Of a stretch of DNA of 64,000 nucleotides, positions 40,919-51,773 are shown piece by piece. Position 1 is the first letter of the stretch. Every line of letters begins with the position of its first letter. Under the pieces are notes generated by a model. The model did no database searches. It was given only the letters and a program-made list of their open reading frames with translations, and had not been told where the DNA came from. Location of the stretch: assembly GCA_902779535.1 (NCBI GenBank), contig CACZBX010000013.1:4399-68398 (forward strand), written 5' to 3'. A program made the position numbers and the translations under genes. Source of the stretch: an uncultured Bacteroidales bacterium. GTDB lineage: Bacteria > Bacteroidota > Bacteroidia > Bacteroidales > Bacteroidaceae.

Positions 40919-42535
40919 TTATCTCTTCAAACCTGGGTTCAGACTAACGTCTGTTGATGGATAAGGAGCATAGATAGCGCTTTCAGAGAATGAGCCTGAA
41001 GGAGCCAATGTCTCTTTCAAAATCACACCCGGAGCAACCTCAACACCTTCGGTATTATCTTTCTGGCGTTGTGCCCATGCCTGAGCAAACAATTCCATAC
41101 GTTGTTCATCGAAACGACGAGTCTGGCATGCCATCCAGTTACCTGCAACTTCCCAACCATGTTCCTTTACACAAAGGTCAGCAAATTCAGCTGCGCTGTA
41201 ATCGCTTTCACTGATAGGATCTTCACCTGCACGTACACGTACTTGGTTCATGCAGTCTAGAGCCTGAGCATTGATAGAACCGGTAGCGCGAGTAGAAGCC
41301 TCTGCATACCATAACAGAAGTTCTGAGTAACGCATGTGGCGTACACGTTGTTGAGTACAAGCATGGTCGATCTTCACGTTAGCAGCATAAGTATAGTCGA
41401 AGTCGGCTGTACCGTTGCCTGATGCACAGAAGATTTGATATGCTGGGTGAGCCTCTGAGATGATGTGGTTACCTTCTGCATCAGTATCCCAGAAGTTATG
41501 TAATTGACCCTTGAAACCACCAACCAATACCATGATTTTCGGCATGAAAGTAGCGTCCTTACGAGCACCTTCCGGGAATTCTTTCCAGAAGCTGTAAGTA
41601 CCCCAACCGTCACCCCAACCACCTTGGGATTCGAAGATGTTACTGAAACCAGTTTCATTATCTTGTGACCAAGTGAAAGCACGGTTCTTGTTTACACCAA
41701 CGATTGTTTCATTATTGTAGTTATCACTCAAGGAATAAACTGTCTTGTATTCTGGACACAATACATATTCGTAAGTACCAGCGTTACAGCCATCGATAAC
41801 TTGCTTAGCCATGCTAGCAGCATCTGAATATTTAGACGTATCCTTCAAAGGCCAACCTGCCATATTCAGATAAACACAAGCCAATGTTGACATAGCAGCC
41901 TGCTTAGTGATATAAGCGTTTGCACCATTATATACACGTGGAGCCTTAGAATAGCTAGTCGGAAGATTAGCTACACAGTATTGCAAATCGGAAACGATCA
42001 AGTCATAAACTTCCTTCACACTTGACAGCGGAGTCTCTTGTGAGATTGTATTATCAGTATTGATAGGAAGCGGACCGAAAGTACGAACCAAGTCAAAATA
42101 CCAATATGCTCTCCAGAAGTGAGCCTGACCTAAGGCAATCTTCTTTTCTTCATCAGAAACAGGAGTATTATCCACGTTCATGATCAAGTAGTTGGCAGCC
42201 TTGATAACAGCATAATCGCTATTCCACTTTGCTACAACGGTCTTATTATCATCTACTGGGACGAAGCGGTCGAACTGAGCATAAGCCTGCTTGTTACTTG
42301 CTGGGTGTGTAGTCAAGTCATCACCCATCCAAGATGCACCCCAAGGGTTCGTGTTATTAGAGACATCATTGACCTTTCTCATAAGGGCTGTTACAGCCAT
42401 ATCGAGGTCGTTTTGGGAGGTAAAGAAATTATCAGCAGATAATTTACCTTTCGGATCCTCATCCAAGAAGTCGCTACATGATGTTGCACACAAAGAGAAT
42501 GCAAGCAAACATCCTAAAAATATTTTGTTTTTCAT
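40919..42535 (-). CDS. SusD/RagB-family lipoprotein
   Basis: Lipobox ATS-C-SDFLD, GQAHFWRAYWYFDLVRTFG, RYSELLLWYAEA, NQVRVRAG. Confidence 0.95.
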   Translation of the reverse strand: MKNKIFLGCLLAFSLCATSCSDFLDEDPKGKLSADNFFTSQNDLDMAVTALMRKVNDVSNNTNPWGASWMGDDLTTHPASNKQAYAQFDRFVPVDDNKTVVAKWNSDYAVIKAANYLIMNVDNTPVSDEEKKIALGQAHFWRAYWYFDLVRTFGPLPINTDNTISQETPLSSVKEVYDLIVSDLQYCVANLPTSYSKAPRVYNGANAYITKQAAMSTLACVYLNMAGWPLKDTSKYSDAASMAKQVIDGCNAGTYEYVLCPEYKTVYSLSDNYNNETIVGVNKNRAFTWSQDNETGFSNIFESQGGWGDGWGTYSFWKEFPEGARKDATFMPKIMVLVGGFKGQLHNFWDTDAEGNHIISEAHPAYQIFCASGNGTADFDYTYAANVKIDHACTQQRVRHMRYSELLLWYAEASTRATGSINAQALDCMNQVRVRAGEDPISESDYSAAEFADLCVKEHGWEVAGNWMACQTRRFDEQRMELFAQAWAQRQKDNTEGVEVAPGVILKETLAPSGSFSESAIYAPYPSTDVSLNPGLKR

Positions 42536-42553
42536 ATCTGTATATTCTTTATA

Positions 42554-45500
42554 TTAGAAATCAAATTTTGCACCGAATGTAAATGTACGTGGAGTTGGGT
42601 AACCACCCATATCGATACCACTGTTCACATCAGCATGGCCGCTTGAGAATGCATAAGCTGCTGGGTCCAGACCACTGTAACCAGTGATTGTGAACAAGTT
42701 CTGGCAGCTGATTGACAAACGGATATTAGCAAACTTCGTAACGCTCTTCTTCAAAGTATAAGACAAGCTGATGTTCTGCAGACGCAAGTAGTCAGCATTT
42801 TCCAAATACTGAGTTGAGTTAGGATACTTCTGGCTTGTTGTACTTGTCAAAGAAGCATACTTCGGATTTGAAGGATTCTTATCCCAGTTATCATAATAAG
42901 CATCTCTCATTGTGATGAAACGAGAGTCACCAACGCGGTTAGATCCACCGAATGCAACGATGTTCAAACGCTTAGCACCAAATGATGAATTGAAGAAGAG
43001 GTTCAAATCCCAGTTCTTGTAAGAGAATGAGTTGTTCCAACCGAATGTCCAGTCTGGAGTAGACTTACCAACCAAGATACGGTCGTTAGAGTCGATCTTA
43101 CCATCATTGTTGGTATCAGCATAGATGTTATCACCAGTTGACTTATCGATTCCCTTCCAATCATACAGATAGAAAATACCGATAGGATAACCTACTTGTG
43201 CACGAGTAACACCATCGTCAGCGATCATACCTGATGCAGGAGTAGCACCTGAGATGTATTCGTCACCAGCCAAGTCAAGCACCTTATTCTTATTATAAGT
43301 ACCGGTCAAAGTAGAGTTCCACTGGAACTTACCACCCTGGAACGGACGAGCTGTAATAGCGAATTCAAAACCCTTATTGCTGATTTCACCGGCATTTACC
43401 CAGTAAGTACCACCACCATCGTAGTTAGGAATCTGCTTGCGCAGCAAAGCATCGGTAGTCTTCTTGGTATAATAGTCGAATGTGAAACTCAAGGCACGAT
43501 TCAGAATACTGAATTCCAAACCAAGGTCGAACTGATTGGTCTTCTCCCAAGTCAGATCAGGAGTTGCCAAACTGTTCAGCCAGTAACCTGGATAGTTACT
43601 TGAACCACCATAACCATAAACAGCAGAAGAAAGCATACCTAAGGTGTCGTATGGGCTGATAGCCTGGCTACCTACGATACCGTAACTAGCACGAATCTTA
43701 ACATCTTGGAAAGACTTCACATTCTTCATAAAGCTTTCGTTGCTCAAGTTCCAAGCAACTGCGATGGATGGGAAGTAACCCCATTTCTTCTTAGCAAATC
43801 TTGAAGAACCATCGGCACGAAATGTACCAGTAACCAAATAACGATCAGCATAGTTATACATAACACGGCCTACACCTGAAAGCAATGACCATGCAGAGTA
43901 GCTGTTTGACTCAGAACGAGAAGATGCCAAGCTTACATTCCAGTAACCAACACTTTCAGTCTGAAGGTTTGTACCGGAAATACCCATTGATCTGGTTTCG
44001 TTCTTTGTAGCCTCGAATACAGCTGTTGCTGTCAAACCATGCTTACCAAATTGACCAACGTAAGTCAAGTTGTTTGAAGACTGGTACTGTACACGCTGAG
44101 TATCGTTGTTCGACATACTGCTCTGTGATTCAACCTTTGTTGAAGAGAAACCATAAGATTTGAAATCTCTATAGTCAACACCGTTTGTAGAAGTGAAAGT
44201 CAAACCCTTAGCGATATTGAAGCGTAAGTCGATCATACCGTTGAAGATGTTTGCAATATTATCACTACCATTCAATTTAGCTAAACCAAGTGGGTTACGA
44301 GCGATAGAGTTGAACTTATCGTATGCGTAAGTCATGCCATCAGGATCGAACATGGACATAGATGGAGAATAGCTGACCACCTGCCAAACAGGATTACCCT
44401 TGCCGGCACCGAAGCCACCACCACCGTGACGCTCGTTACGAGAAGCGTTTACGTCAGCAGTAATATGTAACCATTTTGCAACATCAGCAGAAACATTGGT
44501 ACGAACGCTATAACGTTTGTTGTCGTTATAAACGAAGATACCTTGCTGATTCATGTAGTTACCAGAGATACGATACTGAGTTTCCTTTGAGCCACCAGAG
44601 ATAGCTAAGCGGTAGTTCTGAGTGTAAGCTGTACGGAACATTGTGTCCTGCCAGTCAATACCACCACCATTCTTATAAGTAGCTAATTCTTCCTGAGTAA
44701 ATGCGTTCGGGTTACTGTTTACATCCATGTAAGCCTGAGCATACTCGTAAGCATCCATCAAGTCATAAGTCTTATACAATGAAGAAGCACCTAACTGAGC
44801 ATCGAAAGTAATCTGAGGTTCGTTAGCACGACCCTTCTTCGTAGTGATCAATACAACACCGTTTGAACCACGAGAACCGTAGATAGCTGTTGAAGAAGCA
44901 TCCTTCAAAACCTGGATAGCCTGAATATCATCAGAGTTCAAACCTTCCAAACCTGATTCACGAACGATACCATCAACTACATACAACGGGTCATTGCTCT
45001 TGTTGACTGAGTTGGCACCACGGACACGGATCTTTACATCACCACCCGGAACACCAGAAGACTCAACCTGAACACCGGCCAAACGACCTTGCAATGTCTC
45101 TGATACATCGTTAATCGGCTGATCGCGGAATGCCTTGTTGTCAACGACAGCAACGGCACCTGCCAAGTCGGCCTTCTTAACGGTACCATAACCGATAACT
45201 ACGACTTCTTCCAAAGCTTCAGAGTCTTCCGTCAATGTAACCTTCAACGTACGTTGATTGTTCACTGCAACTTCCTTGGTGGTATAACCAATGTAAGAAA
45301 TAACCAAAGTTGCATTTGGTTGAACATTTAAAGCAAAATTACCATCAATGTCAGTAATCGTACCATTTGTAGTACCTTTCTCCAAGATATTGGCACCAAT
45401 AACAGGTTCACCTGCTTGGTCAACGACTTGTCCTCTTACTGAAATTGATTGTTGAACGACAGAGATTGCGTCCGAAGATGCTGTAACGCCATTGTTTGCA

Positions 45501-45604
45501 AAGGCTCCAGCCATACTTGTTGCAATCAAACACATTGCCAATCCTGTAGATTTAAGGAGTTGGCCACACCGAGTTAGGGCACTCGGTAGAAGATTGTTTT
45601 TCAT
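42554..45604 (-). CDS. SusC/RagA-family TonB-dependent transporter
   Basis: GEPVIGANI...GTITDIDG, LEEVVVIGYGT, VLKDASSTAIYGSRGSNGVVLITTK, C-terminal Phe. Confidence 0.97.
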   Translation of the reverse strand: MKNNLLPSALTRCGQLLKSTGLAMCLIATSMAGAFANNGVTASSDAISVVQQSISVRGQVVDQAGEPVIGANILEKGTTNGTITDIDGNFALNVQPNATLVISYIGYTTKEVAVNNQRTLKVTLTEDSEALEEVVVIGYGTVKKADLAGAVAVVDNKAFRDQPINDVSETLQGRLAGVQVESSGVPGGDVKIRVRGANSVNKSNDPLYVVDGIVRESGLEGLNSDDIQAIQVLKDASSTAIYGSRGSNGVVLITTKKGRANEPQITFDAQLGASSLYKTYDLMDAYEYAQAYMDVNSNPNAFTQEELATYKNGGGIDWQDTMFRTAYTQNYRLAISGGSKETQYRISGNYMNQQGIFVYNDNKRYSVRTNVSADVAKWLHITADVNASRNERHGGGGFGAGKGNPVWQVVSYSPSMSMFDPDGMTYAYDKFNSIARNPLGLAKLNGSDNIANIFNGMIDLRFNIAKGLTFTSTNGVDYRDFKSYGFSSTKVESQSSMSNNDTQRVQYQSSNNLTYVGQFGKHGLTATAVFEATKNETRSMGISGTNLQTESVGYWNVSLASSRSESNSYSAWSLLSGVGRVMYNYADRYLVTGTFRADGSSRFAKKKWGYFPSIAVAWNLSNESFMKNVKSFQDVKIRASYGIVGSQAISPYDTLGMLSSAVYGYGGSSNYPGYWLNSLATPDLTWEKTNQFDLGLEFSILNRALSFTFDYYTKKTTDALLRKQIPNYDGGGTYWVNAGEISNKGFEFAITARPFQGGKFQWNSTLTGTYNKNKVLDLAGDEYISGATPASGMIADDGVTRAQVGYPIGIFYLYDWKGIDKSTGDNIYADTNNDGKIDSNDRILVGKSTPDWTFGWNNSFSYKNWDLNLFFNSSFGAKRLNIVAFGGSNRVGDSRFITMRDAYYDNWDKNPSNPKYASLTSTTSQKYPNSTQYLENADYLRLQNISLSYTLKKSVTKFANIRLSISCQNLFTITGYSGLDPAAYAFSSGHADVNSGIDMGGYPTPRTFTFGAKFDF

Positions 45605-45963
45605 ACAATTTTTGATTAAAGTTGTTAACATTAAGCGTATTTTGAATAACTTATCTCATTTTCACATTAATAAAGATTTATTACCTTGATAAATCCGCTT
45701 TTATGTGTTTTCAAGAATACAAAATTATATTTTTATTTTTTAATCGCAATATTTTCATCTATTTTTTTGAAAAAAGATTAGAATTCTTCGATTTTTGTTT
45801 TAACACTTTTCAACCAACAAAACTCTCAAACGGCCAAAGGTTGTGAAATTTTTCCTTTAGCCGTTCATTCAACTCATAGAATACCTATTTATATGTATTT
45901 TATAAGAAAAAGAGCAAAAATTAAAGAAAAAGATATATCTTTGCACCACTAAAAACAGGAAGA

Positions 45964-46986
45964 ATGGATCAATACATTATTTTCAATTGTCAACCACAAG
46001 GTTCTTTTCAAGAAAGAATCCAACAACTACATCACACGCTATCGCAATATCTATTGGATGAAGCCGGCAAAGGCAGAGTTCTTCAATACTGCAAGATTTT
46101 CCTTAGTGATGCACAGAATCAATATCAACAGTTGGTAGAATCTGAGTTGTATCAGGATATACTTTCAAAGACTGCTTCTACCATTGTGGAACAAACTCCT
46201 TTGAATGGGTCCAAACTTTCAGTCCTCATCAAGACATCTGATTCAAAAGTTCCTTTCCTATTTCATTCGCTAAGGCTTACTGAGGAAGAAGCAAAATGCA
46301 ACAACTCCTATTTGGAGACCATGATGCTTTTTGAGAAATATATCAAGTTGATAAAAGAAGCGGGCTTGGATATGAAAAAGCATTGTGTACGCACTTGGAT
46401 TTACGTCAGCGATATTGACAACAACTACAATGGTGTGGTAAAAGCCAGAAACGATGTATTCCAACGCTATGGCCTGTCCATCGACACACATTTCATTGCA
46501 AGCACGGGAATCGGTGGTAACTCACATGTACGCAACGCCTTTGTTGCCATGGATTTCCTCACCTATCCCGAGATTGACGAGCATGATAAGATGTACTTGA
46601 AAGCACTCGATCACCTGAGTCCGACACACGAATACGGTGTGGCATTCGAGCGTGGAACACGTTTGAGCCTCCCCGACAAGAAAATGTACTTCATTTCTGG
46701 CACTGCAAGCATCGACAAATACGGTCACGTCATCTATCTTGGAAACCTAAAGAAACAAACCGACAGGTTGTTAGAGAACATCCATGCATTGCTGGAAGAA
46801 GGAGGTTCATCGATGAACGATATTTGCTATTTCATCATTTATCTTCGTGATATCTCCGACTATCAGGCTACGGAGGAATACATGAAAGAGCATTATCCGA
46901 ATACTCCTTACATTATTGTTCACGCTAAGGTATGCCGCCCGGAATGGCTGATCGAAATGGAATGTATTGCTGAAAAGAGCAATTAA
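45964..46986 (+). CDS. Rid/YjgF-fold protein of the FkbO/Hyg5 chorismatase-like type
   Basis: VRTWIYV, FERGT, ISGTASID, VCRPEWLIEMECIA. Confidence 0.75.
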   Translation: MDQYIIFNCQPQGSFQERIQQLHHTLSQYLLDEAGKGRVLQYCKIFLSDAQNQYQQLVESELYQDILSKTASTIVEQTPLNGSKLSVLIKTSDSKVPFLFHSLRLTEEEAKCNNSYLETMMLFEKYIKLIKEAGLDMKKHCVRTWIYVSDIDNNYNGVVKARNDVFQRYGLSIDTHFIASTGIGGNSHVRNAFVAMDFLTYPEIDEHDKMYLKALDHLSPTHEYGVAFERGTRLSLPDKKMYFISGTASIDKYGHVIYLGNLKKQTDRLLENIHALLEEGGSSMNDICYFIIYLRDISDYQATEEYMKEHYPNTPYIIVHAKVCRPEWLIEMECIAEKSN

Positions 46987-47028
46987 CGTCCGACTACCAT
47001 CCAACCCACATAAATTACAAATATAGGG

Positions 47029-47877
47029 ATGAAATATACCGAAGTCACCTTTTCCATTCAACCTTATAGTACCGACAAATCAGATATCTTGGCTGCTATG
47101 GCCGGAGAGATCGGTTTTGAAAGTTTTACAGAAATGGAAGATGGGCTAAAGGCATACATCCAAGATGACCTTCTCGACAAGGAGGCTCTTGAGGCGTTGA
47201 CTGCCGACTTTCCCTTCCCAAATACAAGAATAACATTCACCCTGGCACCAGCTGCTTATCAGAACTGGAACGAAGAATGGGAACAGCATGGCTTTCAACC
47301 CATCGTTATCGACAATCGTTGCTGCGTACATAGCACCACCCATCAAGATATTCCTCAAACCGCATACGACATCGTCATCAATCCCCAGATGTCTTTTGGC
47401 TCAGGCTATCACGAAACGACACAAGGCATGATACGAGAAATACTCGACGCCGACCTGGAGGGAAAGACCGTATTGGATATGGGGTGTGGCACTTGTATTC
47501 TGGGAATCTTATCAGCGATGCGTGGAGCATCTCATGTAACCGCTATCGACATTGACGAATGGAGTGTGAACAATGCACGTCAAAATGTGGAGTTAAACCA
47601 CTTGGACAACGTGGATGTAGAATGGGGCGATGCCCACCTTCTTGTCGATCGAGCTCCTTTCGACATTATTCTTGCCAACATCAACCGCAACATTTTGTTA
47701 AACGACATGCCTGCATATACTTCTTGTATGCACAAACATTCCGTCATACTCATGAGCGGTTTCTATCAAGAAGATCTACCAATCATACAAAAGAAAGCAG
47801 AGAGTTTAGGCCTCAAATACCTCAGCCATAAAGAGTACAACAATTGGGTGGTTGTAAAATTTGAAAGAACCGAGTAG
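47029..47877 (+). CDS. prmA: Ribosomal protein L11 methyltransferase
   Basis: PQMSFGSGYHETT, LDMGCGTCIL, ANINRN. Confidence 0.96.
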   Translation: MKYTEVTFSIQPYSTDKSDILAAMAGEIGFESFTEMEDGLKAYIQDDLLDKEALEALTADFPFPNTRITFTLAPAAYQNWNEEWEQHGFQPIVIDNRCCVHSTTHQDIPQTAYDIVINPQMSFGSGYHETTQGMIREILDADLEGKTVLDMGCGTCILGILSAMRGASHVTAIDIDEWSVNNARQNVELNHLDNVDVEWGDAHLLVDRAPFDIILANINRNILLNDMPAYTSCMHKHSVILMSGFYQEDLPIIQKKAESLGLKYLSHKEYNNWVVVKFERTE

Positions 47878-47886
47878 GCCTCTGAC

Positions 47887-48744
47887 TTAGTGGGTCAAGC
47901 CTAAAAGTTCATCCATCGTTCCATTAAAAACATCTAAATCGACATTTTCCTTGATACCCGGCAATGTCCCGACATCTGTATGTTGCCAGAATTTCCATTG
48001 CCCTTGATACTGAACGCTATCCACATAATAATGTGCGATCCAGTAAGGATAACTGTTCAGTGTTGAATCGTTTAAATAACGTGTCTTATACCGATACGAT
48101 GCATAGATAATGGGCTTCTTATGATAGTAATTCTCGATGCAATTAAGCCATATCTTTACATTCCTCCGTAACATCTCTTCATCATCCACCTTTTGTTCGA
48201 TATCAAGTACGGGAGGCAAGTCATCTTCCTCCAATTTCACATTCTCTATAAAGAAATTGGCTTGTTTGAGCGGATCGGTCTTTGAGTTAAAGAAGTGATA
48301 AGCTCCCCTGATAAAGCCGTATACCTTGGCAGAATCAAAATTCGATGCAAACATGTTATCTTCCAGATCGCCACCCTCGGTTGCCTTGATGAACATAAAC
48401 TGAATCGGGAACGGGCCTTTTCGTGCGTTGGCCAATTGGCTCCATTGGATATCTCCTTGATAGTGCGAAAGGTCAATACCATGAACATAGTTGCCCGAAG
48501 GCATACATACGCCATACGCTTTCATCCCATAGCATGGTTTCCAGCGATAGGAATATGGACGAATAAAAAAATAGAAGAAGGCAGCAAGGAATGCGATAGC
48601 AAAGAGAGTGGACAGCACATAAAACAATCCTTTAGGCATCTCACGCGATGTCTTTCTTCTCCGGTTTTTACTCTTCCTCTTCGACCTTGTCGAAACCTTT
48701 TTCCGAGTCTTACCAGATTTTGTTTTATGCGACAGATCTGCCAT
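47887..48744 (-). CDS. GH25 lysozyme/muramidase, membrane anchored
   Basis: Basic N-tail and TM helix, GIDLSHYQG, IKATEG, GAYHFF, PPVLDIE, WQHTD, VDLDVF. Confidence 0.93.
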   Translation of the reverse strand: MADLSHKTKSGKTRKKVSTRSKRKSKNRRRKTSREMPKGLFYVLSTLFAIAFLAAFFYFFIRPYSYRWKPCYGMKAYGVCMPSGNYVHGIDLSHYQGDIQWSQLANARKGPFPIQFMFIKATEGGDLEDNMFASNFDSAKVYGFIRGAYHFFNSKTDPLKQANFFIENVKLEEDDLPPVLDIEQKVDDEEMLRRNVKIWLNCIENYYHKKPIIYASYRYKTRYLNDSTLNSYPYWIAHYYVDSVQYQGQWKFWQHTDVGTLPGIKENVDLDVFNGTMDELLGLTH

Positions 48745-48754
48745 CCCTAGACTT

Positions 48755-48812
48755 AAAAATAAAGGTACGCCTGTTCATTTCCTGACAGAAGTGAATGACG
48801 TACCTTTATTTT
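48755..48812 (-). terminator. Long hairpin/terminator after pfp
   Basis: AAAATAAAGGTACG...CGTACCTTTATTTT with inner TTCATTT/AGTGAA pairing. Confidence 0.7.
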
Positions 48813-48838
48813 ATTAATCATTCAAAATGATTACCAAC

Positions 48839-50485
48839 TTACTTTGCTTGCTCGTATTGTAAGGTCTTGGTTGGCTGGTCACATACTTCCGACGGACCAA
48901 AATATTGAATCGGTCCCGGATAGATGTAAGCCGTTTCCTTAGCCCATGTCTCACGCTGTGCAGCAAAAGCCTTGAACGGAGCACCATCCAATTCAACCAA
49001 TGCTTTCTGAATAACAGGTTTCATCTTACCATTTCTGCGTTCCATATTCATCATCGCAGTGATAGGAATACCACCTGCGACCCATTCTGCAGCAGGAGCA
49101 GTCAAGTTACGGACAGAAGCCATATAGCCAGTCTTTCCTTCTGCGATCAGTTGGGCTGCTGTATAACCTAATGCGTAGCAATAGTCAGCATCAAAATTAG
49201 AAGGAGCAGCACAACGGCCTTCGTAACCGAAGAAATGGTGTTGAGCAGCAAACTTACCAACGAACTTACCTTCCTTCTTCCATGCAGCCAATTTCGTTGC
49301 AACCATGTTACTCAACAATTTTTCTGTTTCAATCAACGAAACTTGTACGTTTCCATGAGGATCCCGATCCAAAGAGAGCTGACGAGCTACTTCTTCCGGA
49401 AGTGAAGCATAGATCTCGGCATTTTCTTTCGACAACTTAGAGATGATGTATTCACGTTGTTTGTTACGCTCGATCGTTGCAAATTCTTCACCATTCTTAG
49501 CCAGGAAATCATTCAACTCACTGATCAGACGCTTAACAGCCGGGATGAACTCGATCAAGCCTTCAGGAATCAAAACAGTACCAAAGTTGTTTCCTTCAGC
49601 AGCACGTGCAGCAACGATATTAGCGATATAAGTAACAACATCGTCCAATGTCATGTTCTTCTCTTGAATTTCCTCAGAGATCAAGCAAACATTCGGTTGT
49701 ACCTGCAAAGCACATTCCAAAGCGATGTGTGAAGCAGAGCGTCCCATCAACTTGATGAAATGCCAATATTTGCGTGCAGAGTTACAGTCACGCTCAATGT
49801 TACCGATTACTTCCGAGTAAGTCTTGGTCGCTGTATCGAAACCAAATGAAGTCTCAATCATATTGTTCTTCAAGTCGCCATCGATAGTCTTCGGACAACC
49901 TACAACTTGTACACCGTACTTCTTAGCAGCATAGTATTCTGCCAACACACAAGCATTGGTATTTGAGTCGTCACCACCAATAATCACGATCGCCTTGATA
50001 CCCAACTCACGGATAATCTGCAAGCCTTTCTCAAACTGTTCTTCTGTTTCGAGTTTTGTACGACCGGAACCGATCATATCAAAACCACCGGTATTACGAT
50101 AATCATCAATCAACTCAGCAGTCAACTCCATATAATGATGGTCGATCAATCCACTCGGTCCCATCAAGAATCCGTATAATTTGCTGTCCTTATTAAGTTT
50201 CTTAATGCCGTCGAAGATACCTGAAATAACATTATGTCCACCAGGAGCCTGTCCACCTGAAAGAATAACACCAACATTGAACGCAGGATAATTCTTCTGC
50301 TCACCTTCAACCAATTGTATCAAAGGCATCCCATAGGTATTAGGGAATAAAGCCTTGATTTCTTCCTGATCGGCAACCGACTTTGTTGCTTCTCCTTCTT
50401 TCACTTTTACCGAACCCAATAACGCTTTAGGAAGCTTTGGCTGGTAGGTTGCTCTTGCAATGTGTAATGCACTTTTAGTTGTCAT
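48839..50485 (-). CDS. pfp: Pyrophosphate-dependent phosphofructokinase
   Basis: [45 protein letters not shown]. Confidence 0.97.
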   Translation of the reverse strand: MTTKSALHIARATYQPKLPKALLGSVKVKEGEATKSVADQEEIKALFPNTYGMPLIQLVEGEQKNYPAFNVGVILSGGQAPGGHNVISGIFDGIKKLNKDSKLYGFLMGPSGLIDHHYMELTAELIDDYRNTGGFDMIGSGRTKLETEEQFEKGLQIIRELGIKAIVIIGGDDSNTNACVLAEYYAAKKYGVQVVGCPKTIDGDLKNNMIETSFGFDTATKTYSEVIGNIERDCNSARKYWHFIKLMGRSASHIALECALQVQPNVCLISEEIQEKNMTLDDVVTYIANIVAARAAEGNNFGTVLIPEGLIEFIPAVKRLISELNDFLAKNGEEFATIERNKQREYIISKLSKENAEIYASLPEEVARQLSLDRDPHGNVQVSLIETEKLLSNMVATKLAAWKKEGKFVGKFAAQHHFFGYEGRCAAPSNFDADYCYALGYTAAQLIAEGKTGYMASVRNLTAPAAEWVAGGIPITAMMNMERRNGKMKPVIQKALVELDGAPFKAFAAQRETWAKETAYIYPGPIQYFGPSEVCDQPTKTLQYEQAK

Positions 50486-50630
50486 ATTTCTATCCTATTT
50501 TAAAACAAAAATTTATCTATTTAAATAAGCAATGCAAATTTCGCTTTTTTTTCGGAAATATAAAAACGAGACTAAGAAAAAAGCACTATCTTTACAGCAA
50601 TTTATTGGATAAACGCTTAAAACATAAATT

Positions 50631-50888
50631 ATGGCAAGTAGAAAAAATCTGAAAAAAAGCATCTCCTATATTGCAGGTGATCTTTTCGTGGCTAGTTTGG
50701 TTGAAGGTGTAGACCGTGAAGTCATCATCAACGCTATTCACCGGGTATTGAACCTCATTCCACGCATCAGTCATACTGAGCCTGGTAATGTGAAAGGTTT
50801 CTACAAACAGATTGAAAACGACCTGAAGAAAGAAATCGAAATTGTCGCTAACGAATTGGAGAAAGCATCCAAGCCCAATAAAGAATGA
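50631..50888 (+). CDS. Small hypothetical protein of a conserved Bacteroidales type
   Basis: MASRKNLKK...RISHTEPGNVKGFYK; AT-rich leader; overlaps next gene by 4 nt. Confidence 0.8.
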   Translation: MASRKNLKKSISYIAGDLFVASLVEGVDREVIINAIHRVLNLIPRISHTEPGNVKGFYKQIENDLKKEIEIVANELEKASKPNKE

Positions 50889-51430
50889 GGAAATTCTTTC
50901 AGTTAATCTTTCATAAGGTTCTTGGATGGAAGGAGAAGATTGACATCACCCTACCCCCAAAATGTGTTATCTGCATTGCTCCACACACATCCAATTGGGA
51001 TTTTATCATTGGTGAACTCTTTATCCATGAGTATGGATGGAAGGCTCATTTCATGATGAAGAAAGATTGGTTCTTCTGGCCATTAGGCCCTATTCTGAAA
51101 AGAATGGGCGGGATTCCTATCGACCGTTCACACAAGACGTCGACCGTAGAACAGATGATTGAGATGTTTAAACAAAGACAGATCTTTCATCTCGGTATTA
51201 CACCCGAAGGAACCCGAAAGGCCAATCCGAACTGGAAGAAGGGCTTCTACTATATCGCACAAGGGGCTAATGTCCCTATCGTTCTGATCGCCATCGATTA
51301 TCCGTCAAAGTCGATCATTGCGGAAAAGGTCATCGAACCATGCGGAGATATAGAGAAGGATATGAGAATCATTAAGGATTATTTCAGTGTTTGGACTGGA
51401 AAATATCCTCAGAATTTTGTCATTGAATAA
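50885..51430 (+). CDS. PlsC-family acyltransferase
   Basis: APHTSNWD, PIDR, TPEGTR motifs. Confidence 0.92.
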   Translation: MRKFFQLIFHKVLGWKEKIDITLPPKCVICIAPHTSNWDFIIGELFIHEYGWKAHFMMKKDWFFWPLGPILKRMGGIPIDRSHKTSTVEQMIEMFKQRQIFHLGITPEGTRKANPNWKKGFYYIAQGANVPIVLIAIDYPSKSIIAEKVIEPCGDIEKDMRIIKDYFSVWTGKYPQNFVIE

Positions 51431-51441
51431 AACAAGATATC

Positions 51442-51768
51442 ATGTATTCTATACAAACAAACGCTTCGGGAACAAGATCGATCACAGTAACCGAAGAGAA
51501 CCTTCAAACCATTGACAAGTATGCTCTGTTCGAACAACTCATCGACAGCAATGGCATCATTGACGAATCGGTTTTAGAAAAGCTGAAACTGAACATCCGA
51601 TCCCTGATCGTTGGCATAGAAGGTAACTGCAAGGATTTACTCGACTTGTGTATCGACGTAATCTATCATGATAACATGAAAGCATTCGGACTGAAGAATC
51701 TGGTCAATCTCTATACTGACTGGAAGAAACAGTCGGAAGATGAAACGGCAAAAAGTACAGAAGATTAA
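51442..51768 (+). CDS. Hypothetical protein
   Basis: Fills the gap in a tight operon; plausible composition (DVIYHDNMKAFGL). Confidence 0.8.
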   Translation: MYSIQTNASGTRSITVTEENLQTIDKYALFEQLIDSNGIIDESVLEKLKLNIRSLIVGIEGNCKDLLDLCIDVIYHDNMKAFGLKNLVNLYTDWKKQSEDETAKSTED

Positions 51769-51773
51769 TCATA

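Noticed and set aside
47887-48744. GH25 lysozyme as a prophage endolysin
   Set aside because: Membrane-anchored chromosomal type next to pfp; no holin or phage genes
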